DNA of 63,963 nt, filler included, from 3 parts of 3 records of this genome joined end to end with filler, not necessarily neighbours in it; one strand, 5' to 3'; numbered from the whole stretch's first letter, positions 1 through 9,950 are shown. Numbers and translations are program-made. Notes: a model not told the origin generated them from the sequence alone.

Positions 1-2
1 GG

Positions 3-29
3 CATTATCATCCCGAACGGATAATAATG
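3..29. terminator. Hairpin downstream of the integrase (possible terminator or att-associated dyad)
   Basis: CATTATCATCC (3-13) and GGATAATAATG (19-29) form an inverted repeat with one mismatch and a 5-nt loop. Confidence 0.35.
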
Positions 30-113
30 TATCAATAATAAAGGGAGATACCGAACTAAATATTGGAGTTTTTCCTAAAAAAAAGAAGATTTTTAGTAAC
101 CTATTCTGATAGT

Positions 114-1199
114 TTAAACCTGCGATAATTTTTCAAATACGCGATCAGTTTCATCATCAATGAATGATTGAGATAGCAGAACATATCTGAAAAATTCTTT
201 GCTATTGGCAGAATGGCCCGATATTTTTCTAACCAAATGCTCAGGCATCCCCAAACAAAGCATTGTGGTAATTGCAGTTCGTCTCATGGTATGCGTACTG
301 ATGTGATCAGACAGTTTGTAATGAATGCGTTTTTTGGGGTCTTTATATACAATCACTTGTTTCCCATTCCGTTCTCGGGTTTTAGGCATTTCAAAATTAT
401 CTGGAATTAACAGGGCCATTTTTTTTAATTGGGTATTAAACCAGGCCTTGCTAATGTCAGGTAGTAGCTTTGCACTTTTGCTTTTGTACTTTTTAATGAT
501 TGTTACACAATAATCGGGCAACTTTATAGAAGTTGATGTACCCGTTTTTTGAGATTTGACAGCTAAGTAATGACTGCCATTTTTAACAACCAGATTTTTT
601 CCAGATAAACTTAATAGATCAGAGATACGCAAAGCTACAGTACATCCGAATATGAAAATATCTCTTATTTTTTCTAGTTGATGAGTTTCAACGGCTTTTT
701 CAAATTCCTGATTATAGATCACATAGTGCAACTGTTCCTGACTCAATGCAATAATGGGGATTTCTTCAGCCGGCACATAGAAAGATCGGTGATACGTTCC
801 AACAGAAATATTTCGTTCCACTTCTAAATAATTAAAAAAGCTGCGTAAACATTTTATGATTAGTCCAACATAATTGTCATAATAGCCCTTTTTACTGTAC
901 ATAAAATTAGTGAAGCTAGAATAGAATTTCTGATAGTAGCGCTTCGCCCTTTCTTTTTGTGTTTGGGTAAGATTATTTACAATGTAAAGCTTAAGCTCGA
1001 ATGAATTTTCGTAAGCAAATTCGTTAAGCCGTTTTTGTAAGTATTCATAGTTTTTGATTGTTCCTTTGCTAATCCTGGTTCCATTGCTTTTAGTTCTTCT
1101 TCCTGTACGAGAGTCTTCAATAAAAGCATTAAGGAGTGCAAGGAAAGTTTGTTCATTTAAAAACTTATCTTTTTTATTTATTTTCAGTTTAATAGGCAT
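114..1199 (-). CDS. Tyrosine recombinase / site-specific integrase (Bacteroidota type)
   Basis: Full catalytic set in order: LRISD (R), KSQKT (K), HTMRR (HxxR), SGH (H), FFRY (Y); N-terminal core-binding helical region; ATG at 1199 preferred over TTG at 1229. Confidence 0.92.
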   Translation of the reverse strand: MPIKLKINKKDKFLNEQTFLALLNAFIEDSRTGRRTKSNGTRISKGTIKNYEYLQKRLNEFAYENSFELKLYIVNNLTQTQKERAKRYYQKFYSSFTNFMYSKKGYYDNYVGLIIKCLRSFFNYLEVERNISVGTYHRSFYVPAEEIPIIALSQEQLHYVIYNQEFEKAVETHQLEKIRDIFIFGCTVALRISDLLSLSGKNLVVKNGSHYLAVKSQKTGTSTSIKLPDYCVTIIKKYKSKSAKLLPDISKAWFNTQLKKMALLIPDNFEMPKTRERNGKQVIVYKDPKKRIHYKLSDHISTHTMRRTAITTMLCLGMPEHLVRKISGHSANSKEFFRYVLLSQSFIDDETDRVFEKLSQV

Positions 1200-1619
1200 G
1201 ATACAAGATATTAAAAATTGAAGATTCAAATTTGAATTAAGCTTAACAAGAAATGTTAGTTTAGAATTGTTTTATTTTTTTACATGAAAGCCTGAGGGAA
1301 TCCTCCAGAAAAGGCTAGTGGCAAACCTTAAAGAAAAGAATTGGTAATTTCTTTCTATTTAATTATGCGATTCTTTTTGCTATAATTATACCCTAAATCC
1401 GTTTTGGAGCGGGAATTCTACCTTTCGCACATAATTCTTTCTTATAAATCGTTGGTTTTATTTCGAAATTCCGTGCTGACCGTAAAATTCTACATTAAAA
1501 TCCCTCCATATTCCGTGCTAACACTTAATGATAATTTGTGAAAATCTGGAAGACCACGTATGCTCTATACGCAGCGCGGATTCAGTAAATTCAATGTCCT
1601 ACATTTTTAATCAGGCCAT

Positions 1620-2321
1620 ATGAAAACTTTGATGTTTTTATCCATTTTATCTTTAACTCAAACAGTTCTTTCTCAAGAGCTTAAAGAGTTGCGTCACACT
1701 CGTGATGAAGCTTATAAATGTGATTTCTACGTTTCATTTTCTGATAAAGAAGTGAAATACGAAGACACCTTGCATTATCATTGGTTCAAATCTCAGCAAA
1801 TTCATGTGACTCAAGGCAACTCTTCTGGACGTGTTTTGAATGGTGAATTCACCAAATTTTATTTGTCGGGTCAAATGGCCGAGCAAGGAGAATTTAAAAA
1901 AGGCTTGAAAGATGGGGTCTGGAAGACTTGGTTTGAATCTGGCAATCTCGCAACCATTTACAATTATAAAGAAGGCATTATTTCTGGAGATTATATGCTG
2001 TTCAACGAAGTTGGAGACTTAAGAGAGTCTGGCAAAATAAAAAAGGGTGAGAAAGATATAGATCAGGAAAAGGTGAAGAAAAAAGATAAGCCCATGACTC
2101 TGAAAAAAGCCTATAAACTCGAACAACGGAGATTGAGGAAAGAGGCAAAACAGAAAGAACGGGATGAAAAGAAAGCATCTAAAAAAGATAGTAAACCTGA
2201 AAAAGAAGGAACCTTGATTGAAAGAATTAAAGGCAAAATTGAAGGTTTCAAAGCAAACCAAAAGCTAAAGAAACAGGAGAGAGAAGCTAAAAAGGAGAAG
2301 AAGAAAAGTGAAAAAGCTTAA
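1620..2321 (+). CDS. Exported MORN-variant/YwqK-like repeat protein with Lys/Glu-rich tail
   Basis: Signal peptide; repeats LNGEFTKFYLSGQ / KDGVWKTWFESGNL / ISGDYMLFNEVGDL; highly charged C-terminal ~95 aa. Confidence 0.75.
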   Translation: MKTLMFLSILSLTQTVLSQELKELRHTRDEAYKCDFYVSFSDKEVKYEDTLHYHWFKSQQIHVTQGNSSGRVLNGEFTKFYLSGQMAEQGEFKKGLKDGVWKTWFESGNLATIYNYKEGIISGDYMLFNEVGDLRESGKIKKGEKDIDQEKVKKKDKPMTLKKAYKLEQRRLRKEAKQKERDEKKASKKDSKPEKEGTLIERIKGKIEGFKANQKLKKQEREAKKEKKKSEKA

Positions 2322-3543
2322 ATCATCAGCCATATACTATGCCTTGTTTTTGAGCATTATTATTTCACTTTTTTTAGGCGGAATGATTTTGTTTTCTTCA
2401 GCGAACAGGCAATTCATCAGTCAAATGGATATGCAGGATCGCTTGATTGAAAATGCCTATTCTGGAGTAGAGTATGGCCTAGCCAATTACCAAGAGATGC
2501 AGAATGGCAAAGTCTTAGAACTAGATTTATTCGATCAGCAAATTGATTCTGTTGAGTTGAAGAAAAAGACTTGGGGGGCATTCACTGCAATTGAAAGTAC
2601 AGCTCATCATAAAAACCAATCTTATTCTAAATTGGCATTGGCAGGTCAAATCAATACTGATAATGGACCTAATTTATATTTAACCGATCAAGGTAGACCA
2701 TTTTCTATTTGCGGCGAAACCAAGATAGAAGGCAAATGTGCTATTCCGAAAGCAGGAGTGAAGCGTGCATATATTGAGGGTAAAAATTACACGGGAAAAG
2801 AAATGATTTATGGGTCAATCTCTGATGCCGAAAAAAGCCTACCTAAAATTAATAATGAGTTCACTCGAAATTTGAGTGAATTTGATGCTGAAATTGTAGA
2901 TTGGGAAGATACCGATTCTGTGGTAGTTTCTTTCTCCGAAATGGGTAAACACTTTATAGCGGGGAGTTACTTGAGTCTCAAGGATGTTTTTGTTGAGGGT
3001 CAAGTAATTATTGAAGCAAAGGACTCCATTTTTGTTAGCGCTTCAACTCATTTAGATAAGGTGATTCTTAAAAGCGAAGTGATTTATATAGAGTCAGGCT
3101 TTGTTGGTAACGCGCAGCTGTTTGCTTCTGAGCGGATTGTTCTTGAAGATGAAGTGTTATTGAAATATCCCTCAGTTTTAGGATTAATTGAAACGACAAT
3201 TCCTAAGGAGCATAGTGCCGAAATTTTAATCGGTGAAAAATCACAGGTTTTGGGTTCTGTGTTTGCTCTAAGCGAAGCTCCGAATTTCAGAATGCCCGTT
3301 CAAATCAGCATTGACAAAGATGCAGAGGTAGATGGTCTAGTGTATTGTCAAGGTAGAACACAGCTGAAAGGCACTGTTAATGGGAACCTTTTTACCCAGA
3401 AATTTTATTTAGAAACTCCCTCTTCAAAATATGAGAACCATCTATTAGACGCTAAAATTTTAGATCAATTACCGGCAGGTTTTGTTTCTGTTTCATTGTT
3501 TGAAAATACGAACACGCTAACTCAAATCGCATGGCTGGATTGA
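2308..3543 (+). CDS. Large minor pseudopilin (GspK/PilX-like)
   Basis: Short basic leader KKLKSS then hydrophobic helix; ENAYSGVEY PilX-type motif; position in T2SS-like operon. Confidence 0.65.
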   Translation: MKKLKSSAIYYALFLSIIISLFLGGMILFSSANRQFISQMDMQDRLIENAYSGVEYGLANYQEMQNGKVLELDLFDQQIDSVELKKKTWGAFTAIESTAHHKNQSYSKLALAGQINTDNGPNLYLTDQGRPFSICGETKIEGKCAIPKAGVKRAYIEGKNYTGKEMIYGSISDAEKSLPKINNEFTRNLSEFDAEIVDWEDTDSVVVSFSEMGKHFIAGSYLSLKDVFVEGQVIIEAKDSIFVSASTHLDKVILKSEVIYIESGFVGNAQLFASERIVLEDEVLLKYPSVLGLIETTIPKEHSAEILIGEKSQVLGSVFALSEAPNFRMPVQISIDKDAEVDGLVYCQGRTQLKGTVNGNLFTQKFYLETPSSKYENHLLDAKILDQLPAGFVSVSLFENTNTLTQIAWLD

Positions 3544-4094
3544 GGGGGCGAGGACATATGGATTCTAACTGTAGAGGAGGTAAAGGTTTGAACGCCGTAA
3601 CTCAAATTGTTAATTGCGATTCTCGATTCTCGATTCTCGATTTTCAGTTCCCAATGATTCGAAAATCGAAAATCGAACATCCAAAATCGAACATCCATTC
3701 GAAAATCGAGTGTCACATTGAGCCTGTCGAAGTCAAGTCGAAACATGCTAAACACTTAAAAGCTTTTACTCTCCTTGAGTCCGTAACGGCCATTACCATC
3801 ATCACCATCCTAATTGGAGTCTCAGCCATGATCTACAGCAATGTAGTAGAATCAGAAAAACCTATGGCCTTTTATCAAGCCAAGCAAGATTTATCTAAAA
3901 TCTATCAAAATACAAAAACGAATCAGGCCTTTTTTACTAAGAGTTTTTCATTTGAAAATTATGACATCCAGCAAGAGGTAGATTTTTATAAAGGCAATAA
4001 AAAGCTGTATCAAATAAACTATACCATAACATCAAAAGGAGAAATTTGGTGGTCTGAAAATCATTTAGTTGCGAATAAGTACAATGCTCTATAA
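3531..4094 (+). CDS. Minor pseudopilin with abnormally long, repeat-containing leader
   Basis: KA|FTLLES prepilin motif plus hydrophobic helix starting near codon 79; ATG overlaps the end of the upstream gene. Confidence 0.75.
   Translation: MAGLRGRGHMDSNCRGGKGLNAVTQIVNCDSRFSILDFQFPMIRKSKIEHPKSNIHSKIECHIEPVEVKSKHAKHLKAFTLLESVTAITIITILIGVSAMIYSNVVESEKPMAFYQAKQDLSKIYQNTKTNQAFFTKSFSFENYDIQQEVDFYKGNKKLYQINYTITSKGEIWWSENHLVANKYNAL
3617..3733. repeat. Inverted heptamer arrays plus REP-like unit inside a pilin leader
   Basis: (CGATTCT)x3+CGATTTT at 3617-3644; CGAAAAT/CGAACAT/CCAAAAT units at 3660-3706; TGTCACATTGAGCCTGTCGAAGT at 3711-3733. Confidence 0.8.
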
Positions 4095-4602
4095 TTATTC
4101 GAACATATCGACCAATTCAAAGCTTTCAGCATTTACGTTAATAGATGTTCTGGCAGCCATAGTCATTTTGAGTATAGTCATCAGCATGGCTTTTTACTTA
4201 ATGTCTGCTGCTTCAAAACAATCTTATGAATTTCAGGCTTCTCGAATGGAATTGAATGATTTTGTGCTCATGAACAATGATGTCAAAAGGGAGGTGGATC
4301 AATGCCAAATGATAGAAGAAATACCTTTCGGTTTTATATTAAAATCTAAAGATAAAGTAATTACTTATAAAAAATCTGAACGATATTTATTAAGAGAAAG
4401 CGACTTGATTTGGGACACTTTGGCGAAAAATTGTTCAAGTATAGACTTCACTTATTTGCCGCAAAAAGAAAAAAACACCCTACCCATCATCTCAGACATT
4501 GAGATTGTTACATCCATTCAAAAACAAGAGTTTACTTCCTACTTTCATAAAGATTACGGAATTTCTGAACCCATTAATTCAGCCTTGATTCATGAGTTTT
4601 AA
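4084..4602 (+). CDS. Minor pseudopilin (GspJ/PulJ-like)
   Basis: SA|FTLIDV prepilin motif then hydrophobic helix; operon context. Confidence 0.75.
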   Translation: MLYNYSNISTNSKLSAFTLIDVLAAIVILSIVISMAFYLMSAASKQSYEFQASRMELNDFVLMNNDVKREVDQCQMIEEIPFGFILKSKDKVITYKKSERYLLRESDLIWDTLAKNCSSIDFTYLPQKEKNTLPIISDIEIVTSIQKQEFTSYFHKDYGISEPINSALIHEF

Positions 4603-5737
4603 AATAGAACAACATATCGCAGTTGAGGCTAATAAACAAGAAGCAAATTCTACTCAAGAAAATAAACGTTTTTGGGAGAAAGAACTTTCTTTTGGAGGTG
4701 GAGGATTTGGTGACAAAAAGAAAGAACGATTTTACGAAGATTTGAAAGTGTTGCTCGTTGCAGGAGTTGACTTGAAAACGGCTTTTGAAATCATTATTCA
4801 AGAACAAAGCAAAGAAAAAGACAAGGTATTGTTTGATGTAATTTATCAAGGCATTCTAAAAGGAAAAAGCCTAGCGTCTTGCTTAAAAGAAACAGGGAAA
4901 TTTTCAGAATACGAGTATTTCAGTATTGAAATTGGTGAAGAAGCCAATCGATTGAATGAAGTGCTAGATGAATTGACGACTTATTATGCAGATCAAACGG
5001 CTTTAAAAAGGCAAGTTGTTTCAGTTTTAACTTATCCGCTTTTTGTTTTTGCCGTGACCTTAGGCTTGGTGTATTTCATGATGACCACAATTGTCCCCAT
5101 GTTTGCGGATATCTTTAAACAGTTTGGTAGTGAATTGCCGCCTCTAACGCAAAAGATCGTTTACATCTCGAATAATTTTCCATTCTATGCCATGGTGTTT
5201 ATTGCCGTATGTGCGGTAATCGGTTTATTCATTTACACTCAAAAGAAACAAGAATGGTTTCGAAAATCGACATCTGCAATTGTTTTGAAAGTACCTAAAG
5301 TAGGGCAATTGGTCAAATTGATTTATTTGGCACGCTTCACGCAAACTATGCATTTATTGTTGTCTTCAAAAACGCCTTTGGTCAGGTCATTGGAATTAAC
5401 CGGTCAGATGATCAAGTTTTATCCTATTCAATCAGCAATCTATCAAATTAAAGAAGATATCACCAAAGGGAAATCTTTACACGAAGGTATGTCGAAATTC
5501 AGCATTTTCCCTAAACGGATGTTGTCGCTTATTAAAGTTGGAGAAGAGGTCAATCAACTAGAAGTAATGTTGAAAAAAATGTCGAAACAATACAACGAAG
5601 ATTTAAAACACCAAACCCAAGTAATCGGGAAGTTAATGGAACCACTCGTGATACTGATTATTGGAGTAGTGGTAGGCGTAATATTAGTGGCTATGTATAT
5701 GCCAATGTTCAACTTGAGTAATATCATGAATCAATGA
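4592..5737 (+). CDS. gspF: T2SS/T4P inner-membrane platform protein (GspF/PilC)
   Basis: Two T2SSF domains (IEIGEEANRLNEVL; IKVGEEVNQLEVML), LTYP and MEP..MYMPMF motifs, three TM segments. Confidence 0.93.
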   Translation: MSFKIEQHIAVEANKQEANSTQENKRFWEKELSFGGGGFGDKKKERFYEDLKVLLVAGVDLKTAFEIIIQEQSKEKDKVLFDVIYQGILKGKSLASCLKETGKFSEYEYFSIEIGEEANRLNEVLDELTTYYADQTALKRQVVSVLTYPLFVFAVTLGLVYFMMTTIVPMFADIFKQFGSELPPLTQKIVYISNNFPFYAMVFIAVCAVIGLFIYTQKKQEWFRKSTSAIVLKVPKVGQLVKLIYLARFTQTMHLLLSSKTPLVRSLELTGQMIKFYPIQSAIYQIKEDITKGKSLHEGMSKFSIFPKRMLSLIKVGEEVNQLEVMLKKMSKQYNEDLKHQTQVIGKLMEPLVILIIGVVVGVILVAMYMPMFNLSNIMNQ

Positions 5738-6150
5738 CAATGAAAAATTATAGAGATAAAAAACTGAAATCCTTCACATTGATGGAGATTCTAATAGTAA
5801 TAGCCGTGATTGGCGTTTTGTACTTTTTAGCAGTTCCTAATCAAGCATCCACTGTGGCATCTGCGAAGGCAATTGAAGCCAAGTCTATGCTAAACCAAGT
5901 ACATGCTTTACAGAAAAATCATTTCTATATGTATTCTAAATATACCATGAGCTTAGAGGAAATAGGCTTTGAGCAAGAACGCTTAACTACAGAAGGAGGC
6001 AATGCGAATTACAAAGTTCAGATTGTTGAAGCGGCCAACGGTAGTTTCTTGGCACAGGCCGAGGCCGTAGTTGATTTTGATGCAGACGGACAATACAATG
6101 TTTGGTCAATTGATCAAAACAAATCATTAAAAGAGGTGACCAAAGATTAA
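5734..6150 (+). CDS. Major pseudopilin / type IV pilin-like protein
   Basis: KS|FTLMEILIVIAVIGVL N-terminal methylation motif; C-terminal DFDADG..WSID. Confidence 0.85.
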   Translation: MTMKNYRDKKLKSFTLMEILIVIAVIGVLYFLAVPNQASTVASAKAIEAKSMLNQVHALQKNHFYMYSKYTMSLEEIGFEQERLTTEGGNANYKVQIVEAANGSFLAQAEAVVDFDADGQYNVWSIDQNKSLKEVTKD

Positions 6151-6638
6151 TGGAGGTTGCTTTAAGCATATTATTAATGATAAGTCTTGTGTTGATATTC
6201 ATCCAAGATGTAAAAGACCGTGCAGTCAGTATTCTAATTTTTGGGATATTGGCTGGATGTTCATTTGGGTTGTTTGTCCTCAGTGAACTGGATTGGCAAG
6301 TCTTGTTGACGAACCTTGCTTTTGTGCTTTTGGTTTTAGGATCCTTGTTCTTGTATATAGGTTTCAAAGAAAAACAATTCACCAATATCTTTCAGTCTCA
6401 TTTTGGATTGGGGGATTTCGTCTTCTTTATAGCGGTAACACCACTTTTCGCAAATCGCAACTTCATTTTGTTTTTTATCTCCGGGATGATACTTTCTGCA
6501 ATCATTCACTTGTTTAGTAATCGATCACAAATTGAAAAAACCATACCCTTGGCAGGCTATTTGGCATTATATATAGTTGTACTCAAAGGCATTGAATTGA
6601 CCTCTAAGCAGTTCATTTTATATTCAGATATCTTCTAA
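6150..6638 (+). CDS. Minimal prepilin peptidase (A24-like)
   Basis: Multi-TM 162 aa with IQD..DR and FGLGD aspartate motifs and C-terminal IPLAGY. Confidence 0.75.
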   Translation: MEVALSILLMISLVLIFIQDVKDRAVSILIFGILAGCSFGLFVLSELDWQVLLTNLAFVLLVLGSLFLYIGFKEKQFTNIFQSHFGLGDFVFFIAVTPLFANRNFILFFISGMILSAIIHLFSNRSQIEKTIPLAGYLALYIVVLKGIELTSKQFILYSDIF

Positions 6639-8056
6639 TGACGATAATAAAAGACATAGCTGTATCTGTTGATTTACAACAACTCATTTCATCTGAAATG
6701 GCTTGGAATTATGGAGTGATTCCTGCTGAGAGAACGGCTAATGGAATTAGTTTTTATTGCAAAGAAGACGCAGATTTAAGTCTTGTAAAAGAAGATTTAG
6801 AAATGCTTACGGGAGAGTCAATTTCATTAATTCCGATCAGCAGTTTGTCCATCCAGCAGACCTTAGGAAAGGTGTATAGAAAATCTGGTAACTCAAGTCA
6901 AGAATCAACGCAGTCAAATTTTGGAGATAAAAATGACTTTTTGATGCGGATTGTTCACGAGGCGAAGGCAATGGGTAGTTCCGATATTCATATTGAGATT
7001 TATGATGACGAAGCTCGTGTTAGGATTAGAATTGATGGTCATCTGGTAGAGAAATACCGCATTGAAAAAACAGAATACCCTGAAATTGTAAATCGTGTAA
7101 AAATTGAGTCAAATCTAGATATTACAGAAAAACGATTACCTCAAGATGGTAGAATCAATGTGAAGGATTTTGACATCAGGGTATCAGTTTTACCAACGCT
7201 CCATGGGGAAAAAATCGTATTGAGAATTTTGTCACGTGATGCATCTCAGGTTGATTTGAATTATCTTGGATTTGCTGAAGAAGAGAAAGTAAATTATTTA
7301 GAAGGCGTAGGAAAACCAAACGGAATTGTGTTGATTTCAGGTCCAACCGGATCAGGTAAAACCACAACACTTTATGCTACGCTTAAAATCCTTAATGAAG
7401 AGAAAAGAAATATTGTCACAGTTGAAGATCCAATAGAGTACACCTTAAAAGGCATCAATCAAGTTCAGTTGAAAGAAGATATTGGCTTGACCTTTTCATC
7501 TGCATTGAGATCATTTTTAAGGCAAGATCCAGACATTATCATGTTAGGGGAAATTAGGGATGGAGAAACCGCAAAAATGGCGATTAGAGCTGCTCAGACG
7601 GGACACTTGGTTTTGTCTACCATTCACACGAACTCGGCCTGGGGAACAATTGCGAGATTAATTGATATGGGTGTGCCTGCTTATTTACTTTCGGCCTCTT
7701 TAAACACATCTGTAGCTCAACGATTAGTTCGTGTGCTATGCAATGACTGCAAAGAAGAGCAACCATTAGATCAAACTGAATTACCAAAAGAATATAGAGA
7801 TAAAGGTTTAATGTTTCATCACTTACCGGTAGGATGTGCTGCATGTCATTTTACTGGATATCGAGGAAGAAAAGCAGTTTACGAAGTGATCAATATTGAC
7901 CATGAGTTGGCCGATAAAATCAAAGAAGGTGATTTGAAAGTAGACGCACTTTTAAAAGATAAAAACATAGAAAAATTGAACGAAAAAGCATACAAATTGC
8001 TTGAAAAGGGGGTGACTTCATTAGAAGAAGTTTATGCGCTTTTAACAAATATGTAA
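6638..8056 (+). CDS. gspE: T2SS/T4P assembly ATPase (GspE/PulE/PilB)
   Basis: Walker A GPTGSGKTT, VEDPIE Asp box, LRQDPDIIMLGEIRD, GHLVLSTIH His box, CxxC..CxxC. Confidence 0.95.
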   Translation: MTIIKDIAVSVDLQQLISSEMAWNYGVIPAERTANGISFYCKEDADLSLVKEDLEMLTGESISLIPISSLSIQQTLGKVYRKSGNSSQESTQSNFGDKNDFLMRIVHEAKAMGSSDIHIEIYDDEARVRIRIDGHLVEKYRIEKTEYPEIVNRVKIESNLDITEKRLPQDGRINVKDFDIRVSVLPTLHGEKIVLRILSRDASQVDLNYLGFAEEEKVNYLEGVGKPNGIVLISGPTGSGKTTTLYATLKILNEEKRNIVTVEDPIEYTLKGINQVQLKEDIGLTFSSALRSFLRQDPDIIMLGEIRDGETAKMAIRAAQTGHLVLSTIHTNSAWGTIARLIDMGVPAYLLSASLNTSVAQRLVRVLCNDCKEEQPLDQTELPKEYRDKGLMFHHLPVGCAACHFTGYRGRKAVYEVINIDHELADKIKEGDLKVDALLKDKNIEKLNEKAYKLLEKGVTSLEEVYALLTNM

Positions 8057-8057
8057 G

Positions 8058-9950
8058 ATGAAAAAGATAATCCAAATATGCATTGTATTGTTCATGACCT
8101 CAACTTCATTTGGTCAGAATGAAGAGTTAAGGTTAGCGCTAGATGAACTGGCCAAAACGCAGCCAGGTCTAGAAGAAAAAGTGCAGCTAAGCGTTTCTTC
8201 TGTGACGCTATCAGATTTTATTTCGGCGATCGCCTTAGAACACAATTTGAACGTGAGCGTTGATGATGAACTCAGTAATCTTGTGGTCAATAATTTCTAT
8301 GACGCTTTGGTAAAAGACGTGTTCATTTTCATAACAACCAAGTACAACTTAGATCTGGAGATAATGGGTAGCATCATTTCATTTAAAGCCAAAAAACCTG
8401 TGGAAGAACCACCGGTGGTTTATTTACCTAAGGAAATTAATGTTGAATACAATCCTGAAAATGAGTTTCTGAGTTTAGACCTTAAACTTGACTCACTCGA
8501 GAAAGTTGCTGAAGCAATTACAAAGAAATCAGATAAAAACGTTGTCCTCTCACCAGAGATTAAGGATAAAGTAGTTTCTGTATACATTGAAAATAGACCT
8601 TTTGGTCAGACCATGGAAATGTTAGCTAAATCAAACGGATTGCTAATAACTCCTGATGAAAATGGATTCTATTTTATTGAATTAGCAGAAAAACCAATTA
8701 AAAATGGCAATCAAAACTCAAACGGATCAAGACCAAATGGGAAACAAAAAATTGAGTTTTTGATTGAACAGAGTACAACGAATCCAAAGAGAATTAGCAT
8801 TTCTGCTGTTGATACGCCCATTAAAGATATTATTGAACAAGCATCTCTAAAATTAGGTGAGCAGTATTTCATGTATGATGTGCCAACGGGTAATACAACA
8901 TTGAAAGTAGAGGATGTAAGCTTTGAGGAATTGATGGTGCATATATTGAATGGCACAGAGTTTACCTTTAAAAATAATGAAAAATACTTTTTGATTGGAA
9001 ACAGAGGAAGTGAAGGTTTGAGGTCAACCGAATTAATTCAATTAGAAAACAGAACAGTGGAGGCCGTTGAGGAGATCATACCTACTGATTTAACTACTGG
9101 TTTAACACTTAAAAAGTTCGTTGATTTAAACGGCTTCATTGTTTCTGGTTCTTATTTGGGGATTTCAGAATTACGAGATTTTTTGACTGCTATAGATCAA
9201 GTTGTTCCAATGGTTCAAATTGATATCATTATTGTTGAAACCAAGAAGACAAGAGGTTCGAGTTCGGGTGTACAAGCCGGTTTGGCTGATGAGCCTGTAA
9301 CCACTTCTGGAACAATCTTACCAGGGGTTGACATGACATTTGGAGCAGAATCAATTAATGGATTACTTAATGCACTTAACGGTTTTGGTTTAATCAACTT
9401 AGGTTTGGTTACACCTGAATTTTACGTGTCGTTGCAGGCTTTAGAATCAAATAGTAAGTTAGTGATAGAATCAACTCCGAAAATTGCTACGTTGAACGGT
9501 CATGAGGCCACTTTTTCAGTAGGAACAACGAGTTATTATCAAGAGCAAAGAGTTGATGTGTCGCCAACAATTTCTGGCGGCAATGTCATTTCAAATCAAG
9601 TTTGGAAAACGACTGATGCCAATTTAGATATCACTGTAACACCGTTTGTTTCTGCAGATGAGTATGTGACTCTAGATATTAAGGTCGATCAAAGTGATTT
9701 CGGAGCCGGACAAGTAGATCCATCTGCTCCACCAGACAAGACGACTCAAAACTTTCAATCTTTAATTCGAGTGAAAAACGGGGAAATGATCTTATTGGGA
9801 GGACTTGAGCGAGATTCTAAAACTGAGTCTTCAAGGGGTACACCATTCTTATCTAGAATTCCGGTAATAAAATGGTTTTTTAGTAGTAGATCAAAAGATA
9901 AAGAGAAATATAAACTACACGTTTTTATTAAGACTACGGTTACCTATTAA
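8058..9950 (+). CDS. gspD: Outer-membrane secretin (GspD/PilQ-like)
   Basis: Signal peptide; PKIATLNGHEATFSVG, VKNGEMILLGGL, PFLSRIPVIKWFF secretin signatures. Confidence 0.93.
   Translation: MKKIIQICIVLFMTSTSFGQNEELRLALDELAKTQPGLEEKVQLSVSSVTLSDFISAIALEHNLNVSVDDELSNLVVNNFYDALVKDVFIFITTKYNLDLEIMGSIISFKAKKPVEEPPVVYLPKEINVEYNPENEFLSLDLKLDSLEKVAEAITKKSDKNVVLSPEIKDKVVSVYIENRPFGQTMEMLAKSNGLLITPDENGFYFIELAEKPIKNGNQNSNGSRPNGKQKIEFLIEQSTTNPKRISISAVDTPIKDIIEQASLKLGEQYFMYDVPTGNTTLKVEDVSFEELMVHILNGTEFTFKNNEKYFLIGNRGSEGLRSTELIQLENRTVEAVEEIIPTDLTTGLTLKKFVDLNGFIVSGSYLGISELRDFLTAIDQVVPMVQIDIIIVETKKTRGSSSGVQAGLADEPVTTSGTILPGVDMTFGAESINGLLNALNGFGLINLGLVTPEFYVSLQALESNSKLVIESTPKIATLNGHEATFSVGTTSYYQEQRVDVSPTISGGNVISNQVWKTTDANLDITVTPFVSADEYVTLDIKVDQSDFGAGQVDPSAPPDKTTQNFQSLIRVKNGEMILLGGLERDSKTESSRGTPFLSRIPVIKWFFSSRSKDKEKYKLHVFIKTTVTY

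Noticed and set aside
3617-3706. Short repeats as a possible CRISPR array
   Set aside because: Heptamer tandem units with no unique spacers and no cas genes; no CRISPR array was seen anywhere in the window.
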